DNA of 64,000 nt from the human T2T-CHM13v2.0 reference genome, Homo sapiens. Location of the stretch: NCBI RefSeq assembly GCF_009914755.1, contig NC_060947.1; one strand, 5' to 3'. Position numbers and translations under genes: made by a program. Shown in pieces: positions 1-18,106 of this stretch (the first letter of the stretch is position 1; each line of letters begins with the position of its first letter). Below the pieces are notes generated by a model, which was not told the origin of the DNA, did not search any database, and was given only the letters and a program-made list of their open reading frames with translations.

Positions 1-792
<792 letters not shown>

Positions 793-972
793 TCAGAAAG
801 AAGGAAACAGAAAGAGAGAGAGAGGGGAGAAGGAAGGAAGGAAGGGAGGGAGGGAGGGAGGGAGGGAGGGAAAGAAGGGAAATAATGGAAAGTAAGAGAA
901 AGAAAGAGAAGGAAGGAAAGAAAGAGAGAGAGAGAGAGAAGACCTGGACTCAATAGAAAGGAGTGTCTGGGT

Positions 973-1273
973 GGCCGGACGCAGTAGCCCATGCCGGTAA
1001 TCCCAGCACTTTGGGAGGCTGAGGCGGGCGGATCACGAGGTCAGGAGATCGAGACCATCCTGGCTAACACGGTGAAACCCCGTCTCTATTAAAAATACAA
1101 AAAATTAGCCGGGCGTGGTGGCGGGCGCCTGTAGTCCCAGCTACTCGGAGAGGCTGAGGCAGGAAAATGGTGTGAACCCGGGAGGCGGAGGTTGCAGTGA
1201 GCCAAGATCGCACCACTGCACTCCAGCCTGGGCGACAGAGCGAGACTCCATCTCAAAAAAAAAAAAAAAAAAA
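973..1273 (+). mobile_element. AluY inserted into a MER4-group LTR
   Basis: Full dimer with GATCGAGACCATCCTGGCTAACACGG and a poly(A) tail, flanked by direct repeat (A/G)GTGTCTGGGT. Confidence 0.9.
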
Positions 1274-2030
<757 letters not shown>

Positions 2031-2044
2031 ATTAAGCAACAGCT

Positions 2045-2998
<954 letters not shown>

Positions 2999-3002
2999 TT
3001 AG

Positions 3003-3071
3003 AGAAGGAAGGAACCAGTACCTGGAGACGTTTGGCGTTCCCGCTGAAGAGCTTTTTACGGCCATCTACAG
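3003..3071 (+). CDS. ASMT: ASMT exon 4 (69 nt): EGRNQYLETFGVPAEELFTAIY(R)
   Basis: Acceptor ttttcttAG at 3001-3002, donor GTAAC at 3072; translation matches recalled human acetylserotonin O-methyltransferase. Confidence 0.97.
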
Positions 3072-3319
3072 GTAACACCCATCACTTTGAAACCAACAAC
3101 TCAGATAAGATTCTGTTTATTTTTAAAGGACTTAGGAAACCCAATCCATTTACTCAAATGGCACAACCCAGGAGGAAGCTGCCATTTAATTTAAAATAAC
3201 ATCCCCTATCCCCACTACTACCCCAGATTTTGCTCGTCTGATGTTTAAATTGATCAGATTCCTGAGGAGGTGCAACGTGACCCTTCCTTCGAAAGGACTA
3301 CTCACAAACTCAGTGTTTA

Positions 3320-3756
<437 letters not shown>

Positions 3757-3879
3757 CTAGAATTCCCAGATGGAGGTGAATTGATGGGCCCGTCCAGTGT
3801 TCCAGCTGGCTGAGGCATGGAGTAGGGAAGGGTATGAAGGACAAGGGGATGCCTGAGTGGTTCGCCTGCCCCCCAACCT

Positions 3880-4430
3880 CTCCTCTCCTCCCCTGCTCTC
3901 CCCTCCCCTCTCTTGTCCTTCTGTCCTGTTCCCTCTCTTTTCCTCTTCCATCCTCCTCTCTTTCTCTCCTTTTCCTTCTCTTCTCTTCTCTCCTCTCTTT
4001 TCCTCTCCATCTTCCCCCTCCTCTCTCCCATCTTCCCTCTCTTGTCTCCTCTCTCTTCTTCCCTCTCTCCTTTCCTCTCGCCTCCCTTCCCCTCCCTTCA
4101 CCTGCCTCTCTCCTTCTCCTCTCCCGTCTTCTCCTTTCTCTCATCTTCTCTGTTTTCATGCCCCGTATTTCACCTCCTTTTCTCCTCCTCTCTTCTCCTC
4201 GGTCTGCTTTCCTTTCCCCCATTTCTCTCTTTCTTTCTCTCTCTCTCTTTCTTTCTTTCCTTCTTTCTCCTTCCTTCCTTCGTTCCTTCCTCTTTCCTTC
4301 TGCCTGCCTTCCTTCCTTCCCTCCCTCCCTCCTTTCTTTCTTTTTCTTTCTTCCTTCTTCCTTCTTTCCTTTCTTTATATATATATATGTGTGTATACAT
4401 GTGTATGTGTATGTGAATATATGTATCTGT
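3880..4430. repeat. CT-rich low-complexity tract followed by a (TA)/(TG) microsatellite
   Basis: Composition read directly; source of the spurious R/E- and S/L/F-rich ORFs. Confidence 0.9.
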
Positions 4431-5111
4431 TTAGGGGGCACAAGTACCCATGTCTTCCATGCTTACATGTTGCACCTTGCAGCCTAGGCTTTTAGTGTGC
4501 CCATCACCTGAATAGTGACCGTGGTACCTAAGAGGCAATTTTTCAGCCCTCGCTACTCTGAGGCAAACCCCTACAGCAGGCTCTGCAGAGAGGACAGGAG
4601 GAGAGAGGGAGCTGTGGGGGGGGAGGAGCAGGAAATGCTTCCAACACCAGAGCCCTGTCCGCCTCTGTGTCCACCTATCCTTCTTGGCTCCATCTCACCT
4701 GCCTCCCTTCCTAGTTCCTGCCTTTTCTCTAGCCTCTTCCCCAGGATGTGTGGACCTCCCACCCGCTTCCTGGATTTGTCCTCTGGGGCTGAGCTCTGTG
4801 GATGGGGGAACGTATTATTGACTTTCCTCTTAGAAAACATCTAAACTCCTCTTCAGATAGAAATCCCTTCCCATCCAGAGAACAATCGTCCGTTCTGAAT
4901 CAACTCCAGGTTTCCCGGAGCTGGGTACACTTTGCTGGCTGACCTATGGTTCCCCCATCCCGAATGACTTCCTGTTCCATTTCACAAATGCAAGCCTTCC
5001 AGGTGCACCTGTGGGGTATAGCTCCGTTCTCAACAGGGGGTTATGTACACCCTTGCTCTGGGCACGTCCCCAGATCCTCACCATCTTGACAAGCGTGGTT
5101 TTGCATGCCAG

Positions 5112-5230
5112 GTCCGAGGGCGAGCGGCTACAGTTCATGCAAGCTCTGCAGGAGGTCTGGAGCGTCAACGGGAGAAGCGTGCTGACCGCCTTTGACCTGT
5201 CAGTGTTCCCACTTATGTGTGACCTTGGTG
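5112..5230 (+). CDS. ASMT: ASMT exon 5 (119 nt): SEGERLQFMQALQEVWSVNGRSVLTAFDLSVFPLMCDLG
   Basis: Acceptor ccAG 5110-5111, donor GTAAGT 5231; ends in the SAM-binding motif I (DLGG). Confidence 0.98.
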
Positions 5231-5322
5231 GTAAGTACCCCTCACCACTAATACCTCGGAGGTGTGGCTTCTGTTCTGTATGGGGAATGTGTTATTCATG
5301 TCTTTTATTTTCTGCATTCTGA

Positions 5323-5778
<456 letters not shown>

Positions 5779-5829
5779 TAATAGAGACGGGGTTTTGCCA
5801 TGTTGGCCAGGCTGGTCTCGAACTCCTGA

Positions 5830-6009
<180 letters not shown>

Positions 6010-6153
6010 TAGCTCATTTAAAAACTTTTCTGTAGAGCCTGAGTCTCTCTACGTTGCCCTGGCTGGTCTCAGACTCCTGGGCTCATGCAATCCTGCTGCC
6101 TCAGCCTCCAAAAGTGCTGGGATTACAGGCGCCCGCCACCACACCCAGGCTGA

Positions 6154-6447
<294 letters not shown>

Positions 6448-7183
6448 TGATCCACCCGCCTCCACCTCCCAAAGTGCCAGGATTGCAGGCATGAGCCACT
6501 GCGCCGAGCTCATTTTCAAACTTTTTTGTAGAGAACGAGTCTCCCTATGTTGCCCTGGCTGGTCTCAGACTCCAGTTTCATGCAGTCCTCCTGCCTCGGC
6601 CTCCCAGAGTGAGTGATGGGATTACAGGCATGAGCCACTGCACCCAGGCTGAGCTTGCTTTTTGAATACAAATCCCCAACCCCGAGCTCACCCCTTAAGC
6701 ACCTCCTCTACCCCATAGGGCTGTCACACTCCAGGCCGTGATCCACCCACCCTATCTCCCTCCTGTGACTCAGTGGATCACTCAGAACAGCTCCTGGCTG
6801 GTAGAAGGCCCTTTGCAGAGTGAGGAGCTTCTCCAAGTTTATTACTTTTAGTCACTGTGAGCAGGGATAGATAGAGTTCAGGATCCCCCTGCCTGGGGAG
6901 CAGCTTGGGAAGAAAATAATGAACAAGCAGACCGGGCGCGGTGGCTCACTCCTGTAATCCCAGCACTTTGGGAGGCCGAGGCGGGTGGATCTCCTGAGGT
7001 CAGGAGTTCGAGATCAGCCTGGTCAACATGGTGAAATCCCGTCTCTACTAAAAATACAAAAAAAGGCTGGGTGCGGTGGCTCATGCCTGTAATCCCAGCA
7101 CTTTGGGAGGCTGAGGCGGGCGGATCCCAAGGTCAGGAGTTCGAGACCAGCCTGACCAACGGGGTGAAACCCGGTCTCTACTA

Positions 7184-7466
<283 letters not shown>

Positions 7467-7649
7467 TTATTACATCCTTCTCTTAGCTGTTGGCCGCCCT
7501 TGGCTGGACAGGTGCGCCGGCTTCAAGAACACACAGTTAAGTGCGTGGCCATATGGAAGTTTGGAGCTTGGGTCAGCCCAGCCAGAAAGACCACCTGAAC
7601 TCAGGGGCCTGTAGACAATCACGTCACCGTCAAGATTAGACATGGTGGA

Positions 7650-8320
<671 letters not shown>

Positions 8321-8445
8321 GACCAGACATGGCGGAAGGACCCAAGTTCCTGGGTTGGACCCTTCATGAGTCCATGGTGTGTGGAGGGTGAGCGATGTCT
8401 CTCAGGTTCATCTCTGAGGGTCAAACGGGCTGTGTCCCCTTCCAG

Positions 8446-8586
8446 GTGGGGCTGGAGCTCTGGCTAAGGAATGCATGTCTCTGTACCCTGGATGTAAGAT
8501 CACCGTTTTTGACATCCCAGAAGTGGTGTGGACGGCAAAGCAGCACTTCTCATTCCAGGAGGAAGAACAGATTGACTTCCAGGAAG
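8446..8586 (+). CDS. ASMT: ASMT exon 7 (141 nt): GAGALAKECMSLYPGCKITVFDIPEVVWTAKQHFSFQEEEQIDFQE
   Basis: Acceptor ccttccAG 8444-8445, donor GTGTGT 8587. Confidence 0.98.
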
Positions 8587-8673
8587 GTGTGTTTGTGTCC
8601 GTGGGGAAGCAGAGATGTGTCTCACGGCTTCTCCAGGGGGACTGGATGTTTCTGGGAAATGAAGAAGATGTGA

Positions 8674-9062
<389 letters not shown>

Positions 9063-9389
9063 TAGCTGGGACTACAGGCACCCACCACCACACCTGGCTA
9101 ATCTTTTATATTTTTAGTAGAGGTGGAGTTTCACTGTGTTAGCCAGGATGGTCTCGATCTCCTGACCGCGTGATCCGCCCACCTTGGCCTCCCAAAGTGC
9201 TGGGATTACAGGTGTGAACCATCACACCCGGCCTCTTTTTGTATTTTTAGTAGAGATGGGGTTTCACCGTGTTGACCAGGCTGGTCTCAAACTCCTGACC
9301 TCAGGAGATCCACCCGCCTCGGCCTCCCAAAGTGCTGGGATTACAGGCGTGAGCCACCGCACCCAGCCAGTCATATCATTTCTGCAGTG

Positions 9390-10602
<1,213 letters not shown>

Positions 10603-10968
10603 AGCTCACCAAGATCTCTCCCAAGATTGGCACCTTATCATTTTGCGGGAAAACTATGACAAGACTTGAGCGTTTCACATCGCACACACATAAAGGGTCA
10701 GTCTTGCGTATTTACTTTAAATCTGGAGAACAGGTCTTGACTGTAGGTTCAGTTCAGCTCATCAGTTAGGAGCTGCTGACCGAATTCCCAGGGACTCCTG
10801 GAATCCACGGCTTTGGGTGATATCAGCAGCAGTGCTTTTGCAGGGGACATCAGAAAGAAAGAAAGAAAGAACATGGGCCGGGCACAGCAGCTCATGCCTG
10901 TAATCCCAGCACTTTGGGAGGCCGAGGCGGGCGGATCACCTCAGGTTGGGGGTTCGAGACCAGCCTCA

Positions 10969-11489
<521 letters not shown>

Positions 11490-11733
11490 TGATCTGCCCA
11501 CCTCCGCCTCCCAAAGTGCTAGGATTACAGGCGTGAGCCACCGCGCCCGACCTCAGTATTTTCTTATCTTTCTCCTAAGCCTTTTTGTTTTCTGAGGCTA
11601 GGTCTGCAGGTGACTAGCCTGGAAGACCTGGGAAAGGCGTGACCCATCCAGGTGACCTTTTGTGCCCAGAATAGGTTTAGTCAAATGGGATTGGATTGCA
11701 GGCTGACCTCGGTGTGCCTGCCCTGTGTTCCAG

Positions 11734-11856
11734 GGGATTTCTTCAAAGACCCTCTTCCGGAAGCTGATCTGTACATCCTGGCCAGGGTCCTCCATGACTG
11801 GGCAGACGGAAAGTGCTCACACCTGCTGGAGAGGATCTACCACACTTGCAAGCCAG
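11734..11856 (+). CDS. ASMT: ASMT exon 8 (123 nt): DFFKDPLPEADLYILARVLHDWADGKCSHLLERIYHTCKP
   Basis: Acceptor ttccAG 11732-11733, donor GTAAGT 11857; contains the catalytic LHDW motif of class II O-methyltransferases. Confidence 0.98.
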
Positions 11857-12127
11857 GTAAGTTGTGGGGTTTGCATTTCAGCGTGTGCTTGTGACACGGG
11901 GCAGAATTGTACGAGTCACATTTAGAAGGCAGGCACTGAAATCATCCCACAGGTAAGGGTAGACATCCTGCCCAATATGGCTTTCCTTTTAGATAACGAC
12001 CTGAAATAAATAGGGTCCTAATTTCTATTCTATTGATAAAACCACATAAAGATGGAAAAAGTGAAAGGCCCTCTGAAACTTCAGTGGCCTCACTTTGGTG
12101 AAATTCTTTCAGAATTAGGCTAGTATT

Positions 12128-15100
12128 TGTGTGTGTGATGAGGACAGTGCCCCACTGACTTCTGAGGTCCACCCATCCTGATGGTTCATGAGGATGTGGG
12201 CACAGCCTCTGTGTGTGATGGGGACAGTGTCCCAGCTCTCCTGTGAGGTCCATCCATCCTGATGGCACATGAGGATGTGGGCACAGCCTCTGTGTGTGAG
12301 ATAAGGACTGTGTCCCAGCTCTCCTGTGAGGTCCACCCATCCTGATGCTTCACGAGGACGTGGGCACAGCCTCTGTGTATGATGGGGACAGTGTCCCAGT
12401 GTCCTGTGAGGTCCATCCATCCTGATGGCACATGAGGATGTGGACACAGCCTCTGTGTGTGTGATGGGGACAGTGTCCCAGTGTCCTGTGAGATCCATCC
12501 CTCCTGATGGTTCATGAGGATGTGGGCACAGCCTCTGTGTGTGAGATAGGGACAGTGTCCCAGTGTCCTGTGAGATCCATCCCTCCTGATGGTTCATGAG
12601 GATGTGGGCACAGCCTCTGTGTGTGAGATAGGGACCATGTCCCAGCTCTCCTGTGAGGTCCACCCATCCTGATGATCCATGAGGATGTGGACACAGCCTC
12701 TGTGTGTGTGATGGGGACAGTGTCCCAGTGTCCTGTGAGATCCATCCCTCCTGATGGTTCATGAGGATGTGGGCACAGCCTCTGTGTGTGAGATAGGGAC
12801 CATGTCCCAGCTCTCCTGTGAGGTCCACCCATCCTGATGATCCATGAGGATGTGGACACAGCCTCTGTGTGTGTGATGGGGACAGTGTCCCAGTGTCCTG
12901 TGAGATCCATCCATCCTGATGGCACATGAGGATGTGGGCACAGCCTCTGTGTGTGAGATAGGGACCATGTCCCAGCTCTCCTGTGAGGTCCACCCATCCT
13001 GATGATCCATGAGGATGTGGACACAGCCTCTGTGTGTGTGATGGGGACAGTGTCCCAGTGTCCTGTGAGGTCCATCCCTCCTGATGGCACATGAGGATGT
13101 GGGCACAGCCTCTGTGTGTGAGATAGGGACCATGTCCCAGCTCTCCTGTGAGGTCCACCCATCCTGATGATCCATGAGGATGTGGACACAGCCTCTGTGT
13201 GTGTGATGGGGACAGTGTCCCAGTGTCCTGTGAGGTCCATCCCTCCTGATGGCACATGAGGATGTGGGCACAGCCTCTGTGTGTGAGATAGGGACCATGT
13301 CCCAGCTCTCCTGTGAGGTCCACCCATCCTGATGCTTCATGAGGACGTGGGCACAGCCTCTGTGTATGATGGGGACAGTGTCCCAGTGTCCTGTGAGATC
13401 CATCCATCCTGATGGTTCATGAGGATGTGGGCACAGCCTCTGTGTGTGAGATAGGGACCATGTCCCAGCTCTCCTGTGAGGTCCATCCCTCCTGATGATC
13501 CATGAGGATGTGGGCACAGCCTCTGTGTGTGAGATAGGGACCATGTCCCAGCTCTCCTGTGAGGTCCACCCATCCTGGTGGTCCATGAGTACATGGACAC
13601 AGCCTCTGTGTGTGTGATGGGGACAGTGTCCCAGTGTCCTGTGAGATCCATCCCTCCTGATGGTTCATGAGGATGTGGGCACAGCCTCTGTGTGTGAGAT
13701 AGGGACCATGTCCCAGCTCTCCTGTGAGGTCCACCCATCCTGATGCTTCATGAGGACGTGGGCACAGCCTCTGTGTATGATGGGGACAGTGTCCCAGTGT
13801 CCTGTGAGATCCATCCATCCTGATGGCACATGAGGATGTGGGCACAGCCTCTGTGTGTGAGATAGGGACCATGTCCCAGCTCTCCTGTGAGGTCCACCCA
13901 TCCTGATGATCCATGAGGATGTGGACACAGCCTCTGTGTGTGTGATGGGGACAGTGTCCCAGTGTCCTGTGAGATCCATCCCTCCTGATGGTTCATGAGG
14001 ATGTGGGCACAGCCTCTGTGTGTGAGATAGGGACCATGTCCCAGCTCTCCTGTGAGGTCCACCCATCCTGATGCTTCATGAGGACGTGGGCACAGCCTCT
14101 GTGTATGATAGGGACAGTGTCCCAGTGTCCTGTGAGATCCATCCATCCTGATGGCACATGAGGATGTGGACACAGCCTCTGTGTGTGTGATAGGGACCAT
14201 GTCCCAGTGTCCTGTGAGGTCCACCTATCCTGATGGTCCATGAGGATGTGGACACAGCCGCTCTGTGTGTGATGGGGACAGTGTCCCAGCTCTCCTGTGA
14301 GGTCCATCCATCCTGATGGTTCATGGGGACGTGAGCACAGCCTCTGTGTGTGTGTTGGGGACAGTGTCCCAGTTCTCCTGTGAGGTCCACCCATCCTGAT
14401 GGTTCATGAGGATGTGGGCACAGCCTCTGTGTGTGTGATGGGGACAGTGTCCCAGTGTCCTGTGAGGTCCACCCATCCTGGTGGTCCATGAGTACATGGA
14501 CACAGCCTCTCTGTGTGAGATGGGGACAGTGTCCCAGTTCTCCTGTGAGGTCCACCCATCCTGGTGGTCCATGAGTACATGGACACAGCCTCTCTGTGTG
14601 TGATAAGGACAGTGTTCCAGCTCTCCTGTGAGGTCCACCCATCTTGATGGTTCATGAGGACTTGGGCATGGCCTCTATGTGTGTGATGGGGACAGTGTCC
14701 CAGTGTCCTGTGAGGTCCACCCATCCTGATGGTCCATGAGGATGTGGGCACAACCTCTTTGTGTGTGATGGGGACAGTGTCCCAGTGTCTGTGAGGTCCA
14801 CCCATCCGATGGTTCATGAGGACGTGGGCACAGCCTCTGTGTGTAATGGGGATAGCATCCCAGTGTCCTGTGAGGTCCATCCATCCTGATGGCCCATGAG
14901 GATGTGGGCACAGCCTCTGTGTGTGTGTGTGTGATGGGGACGGTGTCCCAGTTCTCCTGTGAGGTCCACCCATCCTGATGGTCCATGAGGACATGGGCAC
15001 AGCCTCTCTGTGTGTGATAAGGACAGTGTTCCAGCTCTCCTGTGAGGTCCACCCATCTTGATGGTTCATGAGGACTTGGGCACAGCCTCTGTGTGTGTGA

Positions 15101-15620
15101 TGGGGACAGTGTCCCAGTGTCCTGTGAGGTCCATACATCCTGATGGTCCATGAGGACATGGGCACAACCTCTGTGTGTATAATGGGGACAGTGTCCCAGT
15201 GTCCTGTGAGGTCCACCCATCCTGATGGTTCATGAGGACGTGGGCTCAGCCTCTGTGTGTAATGAGGACAGTGTCCCAGTGTCCTGAGAGGTCCATCGAT
15301 CCTGATGGCCCATGAGGATGTGGGCACAGCCTCTGTGTGTGTGTGATGGGGACGGTGTCCCAGTTCTCCTGTGAGGTCCATCCATCCTGATGGTTCATGA
15401 GGACATGGGCACAGCCTCTATGTGTGTGATGGGGACAGTGTCCCAGCGTCCTGTGAGGTTCACCCATCCTGATGATCGATGAGGACGTGGGCACAGCCTC
15501 TGAGTGTGTGATGGGGACGGTGCCCTGACTGTCCTCTGAGGTCTGGCTGTCCTTATGGTTCACTGGGACTTTGGCACAGTCTGTCTGTGTGTTTGTGTGT
15601 GATGTGGACTGTGCCCCTCC
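12128..15620 (+). repeat. Intron-8 minisatellite, ~80-84-bp unit, ~42 copies, with a ~164-bp higher-order dimer in the central part
   Basis: Unit GTGTGTGATGGGGACAGTGTCCCAG(T/CTC)TCCTGTGAGGTCCACCCATCCTGATGGTTCATGAGGATGTGGGCACAGCCTCT read directly; copy number estimated from length. Confidence 0.95.
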
Positions 15621-15628
15621 CTTTCTAG

Positions 15629-15840
15629 GTGGTGGCATTCTGGTAATTGAAAGCCTCCTGGATGAAGACAGGCGAGGTCCTCTGCTCACGCAGCTCTACT
15701 CTCTGAACATGCTTGTGCAGACGGAAGGGCAGGAGAGGACCCCCACCCACTACCACATGCTCCTCTCTTCTGCTGGCTTCAGAGACTTCCAGTTTAAGAA
15801 AACAGGAGCCATTTATGATGCCATTTTAGCCAGGAAATAA
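15629..15840 (+). CDS. ASMT: ASMT exon 9 coding part: GGILVIESLLDEDRRGPLLTQLYSLNMLVQTEGQERTPTHYHMLLSSAGFRDFQFKKTGAIYDAILARK*
   Basis: Acceptor ctttctAG 15627-15628, TAA at 15838-15840; C-terminus matches ASMT. Confidence 0.98.
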
Positions 15841-15887
15841 CTGTTTCTTGTGACCTGGAACTAACGTCAAAGCACACAAGACATAAT

Positions 15888-15893
15888 AATAAA
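15888..15893 (+). terminator. ASMT: ASMT polyadenylation signal AATAAA
   Basis: 47 nt after the stop codon, followed by a GT/T-rich element (TTCTTGTTCTTGGTGTT). Confidence 0.85.
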
Positions 15894-16296
15894 GACATGT
15901 ACCTCCAGTGGCTTCTTGTTCTTGGTGTTCACATGATAAGTGACTGGAGGCTTCTGTGGACAGGGTTGGACTGCTTCTACTTTGTAGATTATTTCCCAGG
16001 CTTTACTGAGGACCACGCTGATGGGGGTGTGAGCTCAGCTTTGATATTGACTGTAAGCAAAGTTTTGGTCCTCTTCATGCTGTAAAGTGGGACTCCAGTG
16101 TTCACCTTGAGGGGTGTCTGTTAGAAGCTTCACCCTGAACAGAACTTTGGCACCAGTGATGGATGTAGCAACTATAGGTGTCTATGAAATATGAGGTTCT
16201 CCTTTCAGGCTGCCTTGCACAGCTCTGTGACTTATTAGTGATGCCATTTCAACCGTGAGAAAGGTGAGGCTTTCTGTCTCTCTCTCTCTGCCTCAG

Positions 16297-17044
16297 ACAG
16301 TCCCATCTGTCTCTCCTGTATGGATCTGTACTCAAATCTCTTCATGTAGCCACCATGAGAGTGCGGGCATTTGCCGCCAGATTAGATCACGCCACATCTG
16401 TGGATACAGAGAAATCAGCAGATGCTACAGAAGAGGAAAATATTTCCCTCCTACCAATCTCATACCCATTTCTCCCTGGACCTCTTCCGCAATGTCAACA
16501 AGGTTTTCTACTTCTTGTTTTCCTCTAGTGTACATTTTAGATTATTTTGGTACTTTCTTTACTCTCAGTCTAAACATTGTTTTTTTCAACTAAAAAGATG
16601 AGAAAACAAAACAAAATGGAATAATCGTCAAAGCAAGTTGTTGTGGGTTGAATTCTGTTCCCCAAAAGATATGTCCAGGCTGTGGCCCCTGGAACCTGTG
16701 AATGGTATCTTATTTAGAAGTAAGATCTTTGCTGATGAAATCAAGTTCAGATGAGGTCATTAGGATGAGCGCTAAATCCAATATGACTGATGTGCTTATA
16801 AGAAAACAAGAGACACAGAAACGCACAGAAGAGAGGGGAGAATGCCACATGAGGACACAGACACAGGTGAGAAGGCCACATGGAGACAGAGGCAGAGACT
16901 AGAGTGATGCGGCCACAAGCCCAGGGACACCTGGAGCCCCCAGGAACTGGGAGAGGCAGGAAGAGTCCTCCCCTAGAGCCTCTGGAGGGAATGTAGCTCT
17001 GCAACATCTTGATCTCAGAATTCTAGTTTGCAGCACTGGGCAAG

Positions 17045-17089
<45 letters not shown>

Positions 17090-17750
17090 TTGAGATGGAG
17101 TCTTGCTCTGTTGCCCAGGCTGGAGTGCAGTGGCATGATCTCGGCTCGCTGCAAGCGCCACCTCCCAGGTTCACGCCATTCTGCCTCAGCCTCCTGAGTA
17201 GCTGGGACTACAGGTGCCCGCCACCACACCCAGCTAATTTTTTGTATTTTTAGTAAAGACACGGTTTCACCATGTTAGGTGGTCCTAACAAACTCATCTA
17301 CAAGAAAGGTAAGGAATGGTGTGCACATTTCAAATTTTAAGTTTGAAAAAGCACAAGAGAATCTGCTTCTTTTTGCAATGTCTAATCTGTTTAAAAGGCA
17401 TCTTTCACAGAGAGTGTGATTTGGGAATATTTGCAGAGTTGCATGACACCTTTTAAAATTAGATTAAACAGGAAGAAAAGAGACTCAGGGACATCTTAAT
17501 TCTCTGTTGAGGAGTTCTCATAAACTAAACGGTCTAATTTCAAAATGTTCAAGCTGAAGTTTGGAAATGAACTCTTTCGAAAAACATGCTTATGTCAGTT
17601 GCTGGGAGTTGCAGCTGGTGGTCATCCCCGAGAACATGCATTCACCACAAGTCCATGGAGGCCTTATTCATGCCAAGAGTAGTGGAGTCCAGTCCCTCAG
17701 AGTGCCCTGTGTGCCCTGCTGCAAATAGGACCTTTTCCTGGGTATTCAGT
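16297..17750 (+). pseudogene. Candidate decayed RING + B-box (TRIM42-like) gene: exon-like pieces 16297-16502, ~17279-17308 and 17411-~17750
   Basis: Frame from 16299 reads SPICLSCMDLYSNLFM*PP*ECGH...; 17422 reads WEYLQSCMTPFKIRLNR; 17576 FEKHAYV; 17631 RTCIHH. AG/GT signals at the borders. TRIM42 similarity is from memory. Confidence 0.55.
16639..17045 (+). mobile_element. MLT1-type (ERVL-MaLR) LTR, of the PAR-type STIR-like variant
   Basis: TGTTGTGGGTTGAATT...GAAGGCCACATGGAGACAGAGGCAGAGACTAGAGTGATGCGGCCACAAGCCCAGGG; close to the copies at 38.5-40.9 kb and 57.3 kb. Confidence 0.8.
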
Positions 17751-17799
17751 GATGCACAGGCAACTAATTATAGGGGAACGCTTATTTAATAAGGAATGA

Positions 17800-18106
<307 letters not shown>

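Noticed and set aside
11942-15689. Many long minus-strand ORFs (up to 430 aa) with repeated peptides; superficially CRISPR-like periodicity
   Set aside because: They arise from the intron-8 VNTR. Units are contiguous with no unique spacers, the context is eukaryotic and there are no cas genes.
16209-16296. Possible extra upstream exon of the TRIM-like fossil (tttcAG 16208, AAG|GTGAGG 16264; CLAQLCDLL)
   Set aside because: The implied intron is only 33 nt and the peptide similarity is too short to support on its own.
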